Notes under the pieces: generated by a model | The model's database searches: none | Told to the model about the DNA's origin: nothing | Seen by the model: the letters and a program-made list of their open reading frames with translations, nothing else | Shown here: positions 11,758-23,752 of the stretch, piece by piece | Numbering within the stretch: the first letter of the stretch is position 1 | Layout of the letters: each line of letters opens with the position of its first letter | NCBI GenBank assembly: GCA_032718475.1 | Contig: JAUCBJ010002543.1 | Location: 1-32,540, forward strand | Source of the DNA: Nemertoderma westbladi | Taxonomy: Eukaryota; Animalia; Xenacoelomorpha | Length of the DNA: 32,540 bases | Reading direction: 5' to 3' | Translations under genes and position numbers: made by a program

Positions 11758-12214
11758 AGAAAATGGGATTTAAGTCTATATAATATATAAAATCTTCTAA
11801 AATATAAAAATACTCTAAACAATTAGTCCTTCTTACGTGAACGGCGTTTACGAAGTTTTTTGAGGCTAGCAAGAGTCCTTTTCTCTTTGGGGCGAGCCAC
11901 TTTACTAGGGGGGCTATAACTCCTGGGTGAGGGGTGAAATACAATTGCAGCAGAAGGTTTAGGGTTACGGTCAGTGTATCCGCCGGTCGAGGCACCCGGT
12001 TGATCGATATCAACCTCCATGGAACGAGGTCGAACAACCTTGAGAGCGCGTTTCAAGACAGCAGCTCTTACTGGTCCCTGACGGGTCGTTTGCACGAGAG
12101 CGGTAGGGGACCATGAGTAGTGAGAAACTTCCTCGGTTTGATGGTTCTTTCCAACTCGCGTTCTCGGGCTCTATACTCATAGGGTCGTCTATGAACTTCC
12201 TGTAGTTCTGGATG

Positions 12215-15200
12215 CTAGTTGATGAACAAGTCCCCATATTCCGGATCTTGACGGATAAAGTTTATCAAGTTATAGGAATTAAAGTCGTTAGGATTAATTT
12301 TCCTGAGGTACTTTCGAACAAATTTGGTCGAAATATTCTCGCCAACACGCTTCATTAGCTCGTAGCTCGGTGTGCGAGATTTTTGCTCAACGGAAGAAAA
12401 GAGATACGGGTGAAACGCATAAACTCCTTCATAGGCAAGTCCAGGGTAGTATCGATGACGTGACTCGCAATGGAGATCCTTGTTAGCTTCCCAGGCTCGA
12501 ATGTAGCGCAGGGCAACCATTTCGTCTACGCTTTCCAGATCTCGGTTGAAAGGGCAATCAAAACTTGCGTGTCCTTTAAACTGGCAATGATGGCATTGAG
12601 TCATAAATTGAGGGCAGACTGCAAAGATGTGTAAGTTATTAAGTCTACAATATGCACAATAGATCTCCATTGTAGGTTGATCTTGAAAGTAGGAGCAGGG
12701 TACGTTGGAGTCCACTGGGGTGAAATGGTCTTATGATGCGCCTAGAAACATAATTCGCATGCTGATAATCGTAGGTGGTGAGACATTGTGGACATTGATA
12801 CCATTCCAGGACGTAGTCGTTGTCACTGCTCTGGGGTGCTGTGGGCTGAATCTCCTCGGATTCTAAGTATATTGGTTCGTCTTCCAATTGCATAGCTGAG
12901 GTAGGTGTCCCCTCAAGCGAAACCAATGTTTGAACTTCCATGATAGAATAACCTATGGGAATTCGGGGTCTTTGTATGACAGAGGAATGTAAGTTCTGTA
13001 TACAAACGTCCTTGAAAATAGCGAAGCCAGCGCTGTCTAACTTCTCAGCAGCTGAGTCTCTTAGGCTGAGCTTAGTCAGAGCGCGGTCCTTGAACTGACT
13101 ATCAACGTTACGGAACGGAGTCAGAACGCGCCTAAAGCATTCGAAGCGGATGAATTTATTGTGTTCATCTAGCTTGGCGAGTTTGGTTCCAAGTAACAAG
13201 GGATGGGCGCGTATAGTACGACTGCATACATCGGCTAGCCAACTGGCAAGTGCGGCGTTCTCGAAGATAGTGTATATAGCTAATGAGGACGAAGTGGAGC
13301 ACTCATGAAGCTATACACGACGCCAGGTGCGGTTAATGGTCCGCCGAAGTATAAACGAGAATAATGATCTCCATATACTTGTTGATAGTTGTTAGGATTT
13401 CCGACTTTGAAATTCCATCCATACTCTTGGAAGGCAAGATGTCCGATGGAGGTTCGTTGTACTTTATTGATGCTGCTGGGTGTATTGGCATACATAGTTC
13501 GGAAAAAACCTCGGCCTTCTGCCCAGGGTGCAATCAGCTGGGTGTCTACGAAAGGATATGGGATATTCTCCATGTTCCTGAAGTCATTCTGGAGATCTCC
13601 ATAAACAGCTGAGCCGATTTTAAGGATTCTTTCGTTAAACAACATCTCGAGCACTGGCTGGGGTAACATCGATCCATCTATACCCATGGCCGGTTTGCGC
13701 TCGGTATATAATGCTGCGCGAGTTCGAATTGTCCATGTTGGAGTTTCTTTTGTATCTCAGTGAGAGTCTCAAAAGAATAATCAATCATGTCGGAACACGC
13801 TCGAGTAAACACGTGGGTAGAACCAGCTAGTCCTCGTATGTGTATCATGCGCGTAGTTCCCAGTTCTCCAACCGGAACGCTACCTTCATTATCGTAAGTG
13901 ACAACTCCATACATTTCGATAACGTTAAGAGTTTTGTTTCACTCTTTAGTGGCGTTTTCGAGGGTCATCCCCACCAGATGCAACAAGGTGGCGCATTCGC
14001 TAGCGTTGGGTAGATCCCTATACTTCAGATACTGTGTAGTATACCTCTCTACATCTCCATATATCTGTATTATCTCTTCTTTGAATAATACATCAAGATT
14101 CCAATGGACTAATCGAGTTTTAATAAATCCATCGAGATTATACGGAGGCATTATATCCTTCTCTATTCTGGAAACATTGTAGGGTTTTCTGAATTAGTTT
14201 ACTTTCACTAACTGATCCAGATGTTTATGTAGTTGTTCGAGTTCAACAAGATCAAGGGGATTTATTAGTGGTAGAAATCTTAGACTGTGTGTAGGATCTT
14301 CCAATTTCACCATACAATATTGAGTTAAATTGACATAATAAGGATGATCTTTAATCCCATAAAATGAGTTCGGCAAAGGTCTAGCACGTAGGTTGACCTC
14401 GTGTACCATACGACGGACAAGATCCGAGGTTCTATGAGTATACCGTCGACACGAGTGGCCTCGATTGGTGGACGTTGCAACATAGGAGTGTCAGCGATAA
14501 GATCTCTAGATCTTAGGTTGATATCAACCGGTTGGGGTTGTACCGTGGTGAAGAGTTTGTCTCCGAAATGGGGAACCATCGAGGGTTGAATGATGGTTTT
14601 GGCATAGAGATCCGCCATAAGGATTTTAGCTTCTGGCTGGGCTACAGCTGATTCTTCTCTCCCATCCATCTTGATATGCTTCTCCTCAAGCTGATTTTCC
14701 TCTGCTTGTTGTTGGAAGCGTTCGTCTAAAAACTCTTGAAGAGAGTAGGTTCGTCCAAGTTCGATGTCCTCCTCGAGATTCTGGATTTCTCGATCAAACT
14801 GAGGTAAAGCCATTTCTTTTACCGCTTGGACTTGCTGCTGCAATTTACGTTTATCTAAGCAATCGTAAGTTCCTTTTCCGATCTTTTGCCGAATAGCATC
14901 TAACGCGTTTCGTACAACGCTCTCCTCCACCTCAGTAACGGGTTGTATCGGGGTTAAACTGGGACGATTATACAGGTTGAACGGCGATATTAAATGTCCG
15001 CATCCCAATCCGGCTAGGTAGGATGGGCGAATATCTAGAGAGCCCACTACCGGAGTGCCACCGATTAATTGTTCGGTTTGAACAGTTAGTACAGTTCAGG
15101 GGGATCCGTTATACTATTAGGATCAAGAGTCTGAGGTCACCAGGGAATGAGGAGGTCTGAACGAGTATTCCGGAACTCTGATCATCGGTTTATTTAAGGA

Positions 15201-15947
15201 TCATTTGAGTCGAGCGAGCGTAGGTGATACGTCAAACAAGTTTCGCTCGAAACTCCCGTAAGTACAGCGAGTAAAGCGCTTAGCGCTTAGTGTTTAGCGC
15301 AATGTCTCCACATATGTTTATGTGTTTCCGTTTGTTGGTTGGGTCTAGGGCATTCATCGCAATAATACGAAAGACGCATGTCTTGCGCAGGGGAAACGCA
15401 TGTGATCTTTCTCCAGTTTTACAATATTCCTCCATCTGTTTGAAGCTATCCGGTACAACAGGTAGTGGTCGATCGGCGGTAAGATACATCATAGGGAAAT
15501 AGAGTCGTTTGAGTTCCATCATAGGGTTATGATGTATACCTTGAGGATATCGAGTTTCTCGATTTTGTTGACTGGCTACACTGAGATAGGTTTCTCTCAA
15601 GAATTCCAAATATTCGTTGAAGTCACTACGTTTATCCGGCTCCTCAACGTCTTCTCTTTCTAGTCAGTTTTGAATATAATTCTCGTGTTCGATTCTCAGT
15701 TTATCGTTCCGACCACGCTGGGTATGATATTTAAATAGAACTATTTCCCTTTCGGTGTCTACATCGTCCGTATCGTGTAAATCGATAGGATGACCAGTAG
15801 TTAAGAAGTCCATTTGATATAACGACCATCGTCCTCCGTAGTGGGTTGACGACTAGCGTCGCCGCTTACTAAGCTATCAACAAATGCTTGCAATGGTAGG
15901 GTATATCGCTCCCTGATACCAAGATCATCTTTTATCAACTCAGTCAT
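12215..15947 (-). pseudogene. Large accessory ORF (about 1200 codons when fragments are joined): unknown N-terminus, DEDDy 3'-5' exonuclease, zinc-knuckle module
   Basis: Contiguous co-oriented fragments from ATG 15947 (MTELIKDDLG...) through 15609-15280, 15047-14325, 14409-14194, 14151-13939, 13914-13678, 13687-13280, 13199-12645 and 12715-12215. A single original ORF is inferred; the join across about 15280-15050 is least certain. Confidence 0.7.
13255..13905 (-). other. DnaQ-superfamily DEDDy exonuclease domain (WRN/EXD/Mut-7/RNase D-like)
   Basis: ExoI VVTYDNEG (D 13893-13891, E 13887-13885); ExoII LPQPVLEMLFNERILKIGSAVYGDL (D 13597-13595); FVDTQLIA; SIGHLAFQEYGWNFK; ExoIII reconstructed across a stop and frameshift as PLRPH(Q)L(I)YTIFENAA. 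Confidence 0.8.
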
Positions 15948-16757
15948 AGCTGCTGTATGAGTTTATCGATATTATAATTAATTATATTTAGGCTAGCGGT
16001 CTTTGCTGCCTACCCCTCAATGCCCCCGGACAGCGCAAGATCCTCAGCGCTGATGTACTGTCGTCACTATGCCTCACGCCAATGTACTAGCTACACAACA
16101 ACAACAATAACAAGCGCGAGTCACTCCATTGTCCGTCCCAAGGGCTTAGAATTACTTCAGATTCTTGATACAGAGGTAGGGCTACTTTCACAACTGCGAC
16201 TCGCTACTGTAAACACATTTTAGTAGTAACATTCACCTATAAATGCACAAATTCCACACAACTGTCACAAATTGTACACATTCGGGCCATTTGTCCATTA
16301 GTCAAGTGCCTTCCAGAATGCCACGTTATTATTATGTATCTCTGGATACATTATTTATTCCGTATGCTATTCAATGGGGCAAGCTTTCTATTGTTCTTTT
16401 AACTCGCTTCTAATTCTAGCGTGGTTGTTGCTATGGTGACATTATGGAAAGCTAGCAGTAGAATTAGGGTAATTATCATGCATACAGATCTGGGATGCTA
16501 TTTAATAGTAATTCTTTAATAGTCAATATTCCCCTTTATACATGATTTTATGAATTTTATCGGCTATTTACTATACATTGGAGATTCTCTCACACTAATA
16601 CATTTAATAGGGTGAATCTCCGCTCCCATGATCTATTAATTATGGAATTTTGGGAACGTTATAAATTGTATAAAATGACAATTTATCAAATTCATGAGAG
16701 GAGATGAATTTAAAATTATTCCCATAAATTTTATTATTTAACACTAAAATAGACACA

Positions 16758-17123
16758 ATTTTATTCCAGAGCATGTCTGGGGACTAGGATCCTTAATTCT
16801 ACAAAATTTTTCTTTTTAAGAGTATCGGTAAGTGCTACGATATCTTAATCGACTAGAAATTTAAAGGATCTAAATTTTAACAGATTTTGATTTATAGATT
16901 TTCTAGAGTTAACTTGTAAGCATTTACTCTATTATATTTGTTTTGACAGATTTTGTAATTATTTATTAAATATTTAATATTTAAGATGGGTACTGATTTA
17001 TTCCAGAACATGTCTGGGGACGTTAACCACTGATTCTAGAATTTTGTCTTTCAAGTATATCGGTGGTTGCCGCGATATCTTAATCTACTAGAATTGCAGA
17101 TGGTCAAAGGGTTTAACAGATTT
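16758..17123. repeat. Diverged ~130-bp direct repeat pair in the pol-accessory ORF spacer
   Basis: tttattccaga.catgtctggggac...tatcggt...cgatatcttaatc.actagaa...ttaacagattt at about 16758-16887 and 16996-17123. Confidence 0.8.
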
Positions 17124-17647
17124 ATTTTGCGTTTTACGCTACTGTTAAATGGACATCATTCTACTATATGTATTATTTAATATGAGGTATGAGAGCAATA
17201 TTGCAAGAAGCAATGTCAGTGAGAAGATGCAAGTCCTTTCCAAGGTCTACCCAGAGCTTGGTTTAGCCGAGACATGAGGATCTGAACTTTGCATTCCTAA
17301 TAATCTACTTACCAATAATGCTTGAGTATAGTAGGAGCGGATTTGTACTTTAATAAGTACGGACATTTCATCTTACTGTAGTCAAGTATTTATAATATGA
17401 TACGGACAGTAAGGAAAGAGAAAATAATTATTTCTCGCCGTTACATTAAATATAATGCTAAGTAATTAAGTAATAAAGTAATTAAATAATAAAGTGATAA
17501 TGAATATATATATTGCACTAATCTACTGAATAATCGCTAAAATAATATTCTCTACATAAAATTAAAGAAAACGATTATAATAAAATTACAGAATAATACA
17601 TACATAAATATAATAATAATAAAAAAAATATAAAATAATGTAGTCAC

Positions 17648-17658
17648 ACACCCACTCC
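17648..17658 (-). promoter_or_regulatory. Second PPT-like motif plus TGT directly after the pol stop
   Basis: Minus-strand CTGGAGTGGG TGTGTG, a few bases after the pol TAA at 17669-17667. Confidence 0.5.
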
Positions 17659-17666
17659 AGACGCTG

Positions 17667-19249
17667 TTACGTTGGGGAGTCCCTAGATGTTTGTTCTATT
17701 AAGGAGGTGGTTGTGGGAAGAGTATCTTGCCCTCCATAGTTTCCGGATAGTTCTCTGTCTCTTTCCAGTAAACATAAACGACTAACTGGGCGATTGAGTT
17801 ATTGTGTTTCGAATACAATTCCAGGTTTCTTAAAGTTACGTCGCATGACGACGAGTTCTACTGATCGCACTAAACCATCACCGGACATATGAGTCTCGAT
17901 GATACGACCTGTCTGCCACCGCTTATGTGGAAGATCTGATTCCACAATAAGGACCATGTCTCCGGCGCTGACGTTTTCTTGCTGCGCAAACCACTTGGTT
18001 CGAAGTTGTAGCATAGGCAGATAATGTTTTTCAAAATGGTCAGCAAAACGACGGGATAACAACTGCATGAGTTGCCAAGTTTGTCGGCAGTATTCGTCTC
18101 AGTCTGTGATTTCCGATTGTAGGAGCATGGCTACAGGTTTCTTCAGTAGGAAATGCGCGGGTGTTAGCGCTTCTAGGGAGTCAAGACTCGATGAGACTGG
18201 CATAAGCGGTCTCTCGTTAAGATAGGCGGCAATTTCTTCCATTAACATCCACAAAAGTTCGTCGGTGAGATACGTGCGGCAAGGCACTATAAAGTGAAAT
18301 GCGGTCTTCACGCTCCTTATTAATCTCTCCCAACTTCCTCCCCACCAAGGGACGTCGGCGGCGTTGAAGGTCCAGCTAGATGCTGTTACCTTTAGCTGAT
18401 CGTCCACCTGTCTTTGGTTCCAATCTTTAACGTAAGCTTTGATCTCATTATTGGCGCAAATGAAGTTCGTTCCCTTATCAGATCTCATCGTGTTGCTAGT
18501 TCCAAAGTGAGCGATCTGTCGGCGTAAACTCAGTATGAAGCTGTTGGTAGATAGATCATTCACCATATCTAGATGGATCGCTCTACAAGTCATACAGACA
18601 AAGATGACAAACCATCGCTTGACTATAGTCCTAGCACGATAAACTTCAATAGGGCCAAATAAATCCACACCAGTATTAGTGAAGGGTGGTTCATAGAAGC
18701 TTATTCGCTCCCTAGGTAATTCTGCCTCTCGCTGTGTTAAAGGCCTACTGAATGCTTTCCTACATGGTATACCTTTCCTAAGAACTTGGTTCAGAGCTCT
18801 ACCGGGCTTATGAAAACAATAGCGAGTTCGAATTTCGCTCAGAACTCGTTCTCTACCAGCATGGTAAAGCCTACTGTGAACATCTACAATCATCTTGATT
18901 TGTAATTCAAGATTTCTAATGAGTATGGGAAACGTATAGTTAGTCTCCCTCTAACTCGTATTAACCCATCTATCATTGTGCTAGAGAAACGATCCCTTAA
19001 TCGCATCTGTGGATTTCTCAACAACAGGAAATACTTATCAGAATCTTCATAGCATTGCAGGAGTCTCAGTATCTGCTTATTGGTTTCCTCATGTTCCTGG
19101 TAACTGATCTTCTCCGTCAGAAACCTATCCGACACTTTGTAAGTGGGAGGATCTTTAATAGCATGGACCTGCTCAGATGTCAGTGGAGCGGTATCACTAG
19201 TGATCTTCGTCCTGGCATAGTGATGATGGAAGCATCGCTTCAAATACAC
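17667..19249 (-). pseudogene. pol: Integrase of element B (HHCC, DDE core, DUF5641-like C-terminus)
   Basis: DGLIRVRGRL, HSRLYHAG, PFTNTGVDLFGP, FVCMTCRAIHLD, RSDKGTNF, PWWGGSWERLIRSVK, LNERPL, LTPAHFL, GDGLVRSVEL; RPVSRLCLLE follows a premature stop. Confidence 0.95.
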
Positions 19250-19344
19250 GACGGCCTTACAAAGCCGATTCCAGGAGCTATAGTGATTAATCGCTCTCTG
19301 CAGGAGAGGTGAGAGTCCCTGCGAGACGTCTGGTGTTCCAGATT

Positions 19345-21239
19345 TCAGTCTCTTTCTCTGATGACTATAACAAATTTGTTTGTGGTGAGGGAGTTTAGAT
19401 CCACAGCGTCGTCCCTGGAAATGTGTAGTACAGACAGATCTATCGCGGGTTTAAATAACTTTGATTTACTCGTCCGGGTTTTAGGTTTGACTTTCTCCGC
19501 TCCCTTGGCTTGTCTAATCTCAGCCGTGGTAAGATGAGGAGGCCATTCATCCTCTTCTTGACGTGGGAAGTCGGGTCCACCTAACCAGTCTGGAGTATCT
19601 ATCAGTTCCTGAGGGGTTGCTCCTCTAGAAGCGATGTTGGCTGGATTAATCGTCCCAGGGCAATGTCTCCATTGATCTACGTTAGAGCGACTAAGTATAA
19701 TGGCTACTCTGTTGGTAACAAAGACGCTGAACTGACAGACTTCATTGGTTATATACTCTAAAACGAGTAAAGCATCAGTCCAATAGACTGTTTTCTCCAG
19801 TGGATAGTCGATCTGTTCTGTTGCATTCTGGCCAATGGCTGTAGCATATAGAGCCGCCTTTAACTCCGCTCGAGGAACTCGTAGTTTGTTGTTTATCAAA
19901 GCCTTAGAGGTGACCAAGGCAACTTTAATTCCATCCGGAGTTTCAACCCTCAGGTAAGCTACTATACCTATTCCCATATCGCTGGAGTCTCCAAACACAT
20001 GGAGTTGATAGGAATATGTGGGGAGAACGTGACCAAAATATGAACGGGAAATCGTTAAGTTCTCGATGGATGGTAGAGAATCTTCCCATTTCATCCACTT
20101 CTTTAGTAGTTCTCCCTTAAGTGGATCATCCCACGAGTGGTTTTCAAGCCACATTTTTTGCACTAAGTTCCAAGCAACAAATATAACTGGACTAATAAAT
20201 CCCAATGGATCGAAATAAGTGCTCAGGATACTTAGACAAATCCGTTTACTTCTAACTGGATTATCTCGCTGTTTTAACTGGAAAAACAAGATATCTCTCT
20301 CCGTGTCCCATTTTAAACCAAGTGTTTTGGTTTCTGGAAGGTTGTCTTTGATGAGGTCTAGATCTTTAACACCTCGGTCTTCTACTGGGATCGATTCCAG
20401 AAACTCACGGGCGTTACTAGTGAATTTGGTTAGTCGAAATCCACCGCGTTGCAAGCACTCCACCGTCCCCTTGGCAACATCAATGGCTTCTTCCACCGAT
20501 GGGAGGGACTTTAAATTGTCGTCAAACATCAAACAGGATATATCCCGTTTGATGTTGTCGATAACCGCTTTAGGAAGGCGTATCGGTTGTCACCAGTAGT
20601 GGTACGCACTACTGAACAAGCGTTCGAGGGGCTCGAGATGATCCCGAAAGCCTGGATGGTCATCCAGTACTCCACCGGTTTTAGGTTAAGATCCCCTTCA
20701 GGCCACCACAGAAATCGTAGGCTGTCTCGATCCCTATCCAGCGCCTTGACTTGTAAGAACATGCCTTCTATATCCGAAGCGAAAGCGATAGAATATTGCC
20801 GTAATCTTAATAGTATTCCCAACAAGGATTGGAGTAAGTTGGTCCCCGGCAACAATTCGGAGTTCAGGGATTGGCCCATGTAAAGGGCGGAGCCGTCTAA
20901 CACTACCCGGACTTCGTTGGTTTACCGGGTTTGGGAACGTAATGGTGTGTTAGATAATACGTTCTCTCGGTTATGGGTGTTTCTTCCGGTACTCGCTCCG
21001 CGTATCCCTTATCGATAAACTTCTTCAGCTGGGTTTTATACATATCCCTAGCTGAAATATTGGCCGTAAAACGCCGATGTAGTTGCGCGATTCTCTTTTC
21101 CGCTAAAGGTTGGTTATTTATAAAGTTGGGTTCTCACCGTCGGAACGGAAGACCAATCTCATCTTTCAAAAAACGAGTAGTTGTTTCCTGAATCTGCTTG
21201 GCTCTCTCTTCCTCGACGGACAAAGCCTTGTCGTAGGAA
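19345..21239 (-). pseudogene. pol: Reverse transcriptase and Pao-type RNase H of element B
   Basis: SLNSELLPGTNL, FASDIEGMFLQV, DSLRFLWW, AFGIISSPS, damaged FDDNL catalytic motif, GGFRLTKF, KTLGLKWD, FDPLGFISP, LHVFGDSS, VPRAELKAA, YWTDA, NPANIASRG. Confidence 0.93.
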
Positions 21240-22073
21240 TTAGGCTCTATCTACGGCTTCTTGAGTAAAGAATCGTATGGCGTGTTCATCGTTAATTTTG
21301 TTGTTGTATCGCTCTACCACTTCGTTCAATTCGTCATTGTAGTTGAATTGTCCTCCATGATTGATGAGATGGCACAGGTTTACTTGGTTTAACCAAGTGT
21401 CATTTTCGGTGAGGAGGTCAATTGTATTTTCCTCGTCATATAACTGAGTGATATTGTCATTGTCTGAGGAGTATGTTGTTCCCTCAGTTGTGGTTTCTCC
21501 CTCACTAATTTTTTCTTCCCATTCACTCACCTGATGTTCCCTCTCCTCAGGGAGTCTTTCCATTAGTGTTCTACGGGAAGGTCCAGTGAAGTACCAACCT
21601 ACTCTCGTTCTTCCCGCGTATGTTTGTAAGGGTTGTGGTCGAGCAGGCCCTTTTTCTAATATCTCAAGCGCGTCGTGCGCATTTTGGCCGATTAATATCT
21701 GTACCCCTGGGTAGTCGGTGGTGAATCTAGGGATATCATGCTGCTGTGTAAAATGGTCTTCATCCCAGTTGTAAGGTTTCACTTGGCTGTTAGCAAAGTT
21801 CTTTATTGCCACCATTTTTACTGACCTTATGCTATGTTCTCCTAGTTCATTCTGGGGAGTGGACAACGCACCCACATAGTAATCTGTAGCTACTGTGGAT
21901 TTCCAAACCTGCATAATTCCTGAAAGGTTCAACTTAGTTCGGAACTTGGGTTGTCCAGCAAAGATATCTTTGGCAAGTTCTTTGTCGATGAATGTACCCG
22001 TGCTGCCGGAGTCAAGGAGGGCGTTTACTATAAGACTTTTCCCTAGTCTGTGGACTCTCAGCTGCACTACCAA
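21240..22073 (-). pseudogene. pol: Aspartic protease region of element B
   Basis: VNALLDSGSTGTFI, VQILIGQN, RTRVGWYFTGP. Confidence 0.88.
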
Positions 22074-22139
22074 GAATTCCCGGATTCCGATGTTGGAAGT
22101 CGGCGCTTTCCAAGATGGTTGCCGGTCCGGAATAGTCAG

Positions 22140-23752
22140 TCAAGGATCTACTTCCCTGGCTTCAGTCTCATACGTAAGTGCTCGATACACTGCGGTGTTT
22201 ATCATATAACAGGATTCGTTTTCGTCGGAGAATTCGTCCGTGTAGAATCCTTCCATCTCAGAGCTGTGGTCAGTGTCGTTCACATCACTGAATTGGACAT
22301 GTATTCCGAGCTCACTTACCTGGCTCGTAAGGGTTCTGTCGAATTCTGTGTGCAGCACGATATGATGTTTCACACCGCACTTAGCACACCTCGCGTAACA
22401 GGTCTGCCGTTGGTGTCCTTGTCTGAGACAATTATAACACAACCGCTTATCCCACATGACATCATGTATATCCTTTAATGATTTCTTCAAGAATTCATCG
22501 CACCCACTCAAGCAATGGGGCCCGTCGCACAACGCACATTTGGGTTTGATGTTACTTACTTTAACCTGTGTGGTGTTGTGCACACTTGTTCTTTCCTCGG
22601 GCTTTCTTCCATGAATTCTCTTATGAGACGTAGGAGGAGTTGTTACCAGTTCTCTTCTGTCACTGGTTCGAGACTTAAATTTACTTACGTCTTTTCTTGG
22701 TTTGTTGACATAATAAGATCTTTCGGTGTCTTTCCTGCTGTTCTCCTCGTGGGAGGTTTGGCTTTCGCCATCGTCTGTATATGTATAACACACTGGTGTT
22801 ACCTTTCTCCTAGAAATGGGTTTTTCACTCACCTTATTTTCCGGTGTCTTCTCCCGGGACTGCTTTAGGAGCTGTAATCTTACTTCTCCATTTAAGAATG
22901 ACAGGAGATCAGCCATGGTAGGGTCCCTTTGTTGCTGGTCCATCATATAGAGAACTCTTTTGTCACAACGAGTACCTACTCCACCCTTTGGTAAAGTAGA
23001 TGCAACGGCTCCAACAACCATAGAACTCTGATATTCATGAGACTTACCTAGCCAATCTAACTGTCCAATGTAACAATCTAACAGATCTCCTGGATCTCAT
23101 CGGAAAATTCTATAATCCCGCTGCTAAGAAACTTTCGGGGCGCTACTAATTTCGCATACAAATACCTAGCTATGTTAGTCCTATTACCGTACCTGATGTT
23201 TAGTGTATCCCAAACTTGTCTTAATCCATCTGGATGTCCAATAAACTTTAACGCCATTAACTTGGGAGGTCCTTCCAAGCACTCGATGAGGAATCTAAGT
23301 TTCTCTCCCTGGGATAGTACAGAGTTCTGTATGTTATCTTTATAATATTCATTAAAAGGTAACCATTTCATCTCATCTCCATTGAACTTGACGATCTCTC
23401 CCGCCTTTACCACTTGACGGGCTTCGGTTCTAGCCATTTGACGCATAAAACTTTCTTGGGCCATTGTATTATTTAATATCGAGTTATCGGTATATAAATT
23501 TCTCTATAAAATTCCTTAATAGGGTTTACTATAGGGGTTTCTACTTCACTAGCAGTATATATGCGTGTAGGCTCCACACCTTGCGCATGAAAGACTTCAG
23601 ACCTAACAGGTTGACACATTGTTACAGGGGGTGGTGGTATACCCATTTGTATATTTACTAATTTATCGCATTCTAACGCAATACTATGTTGCACTTCTTC
23701 CAGTTCTAACCTACTCTCTCTTACTGTTCCCTTTAAAACAACTGAACAGTCC
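22140..23752 (-). pseudogene. gag: Gag core of element B
   Basis: DUF1759-like IVKFNGDEMKWLPF...EKLRFLIECLEGPPK...WDTLNIRYG; Bel/Pao triple knuckle CALCDGPHCLSGC, CYNCLRQGHQRQTC, CAKCGVKHHIVLH. Confidence 0.92.

Noticed and set aside
11513-12037. 174-aa ORF, and the similar N-terminus of ORF 23473-23823
   Set aside because: Both read through LTR DNA; the shared peptide-like content reflects the LTR repeat, not a gene.
12215-15947. env gene in the post-pol position
   Set aside because: No signal peptide, transmembrane anchor or Cys-rich ectodomain visible; the motifs fit an exonuclease and zinc knuckles.
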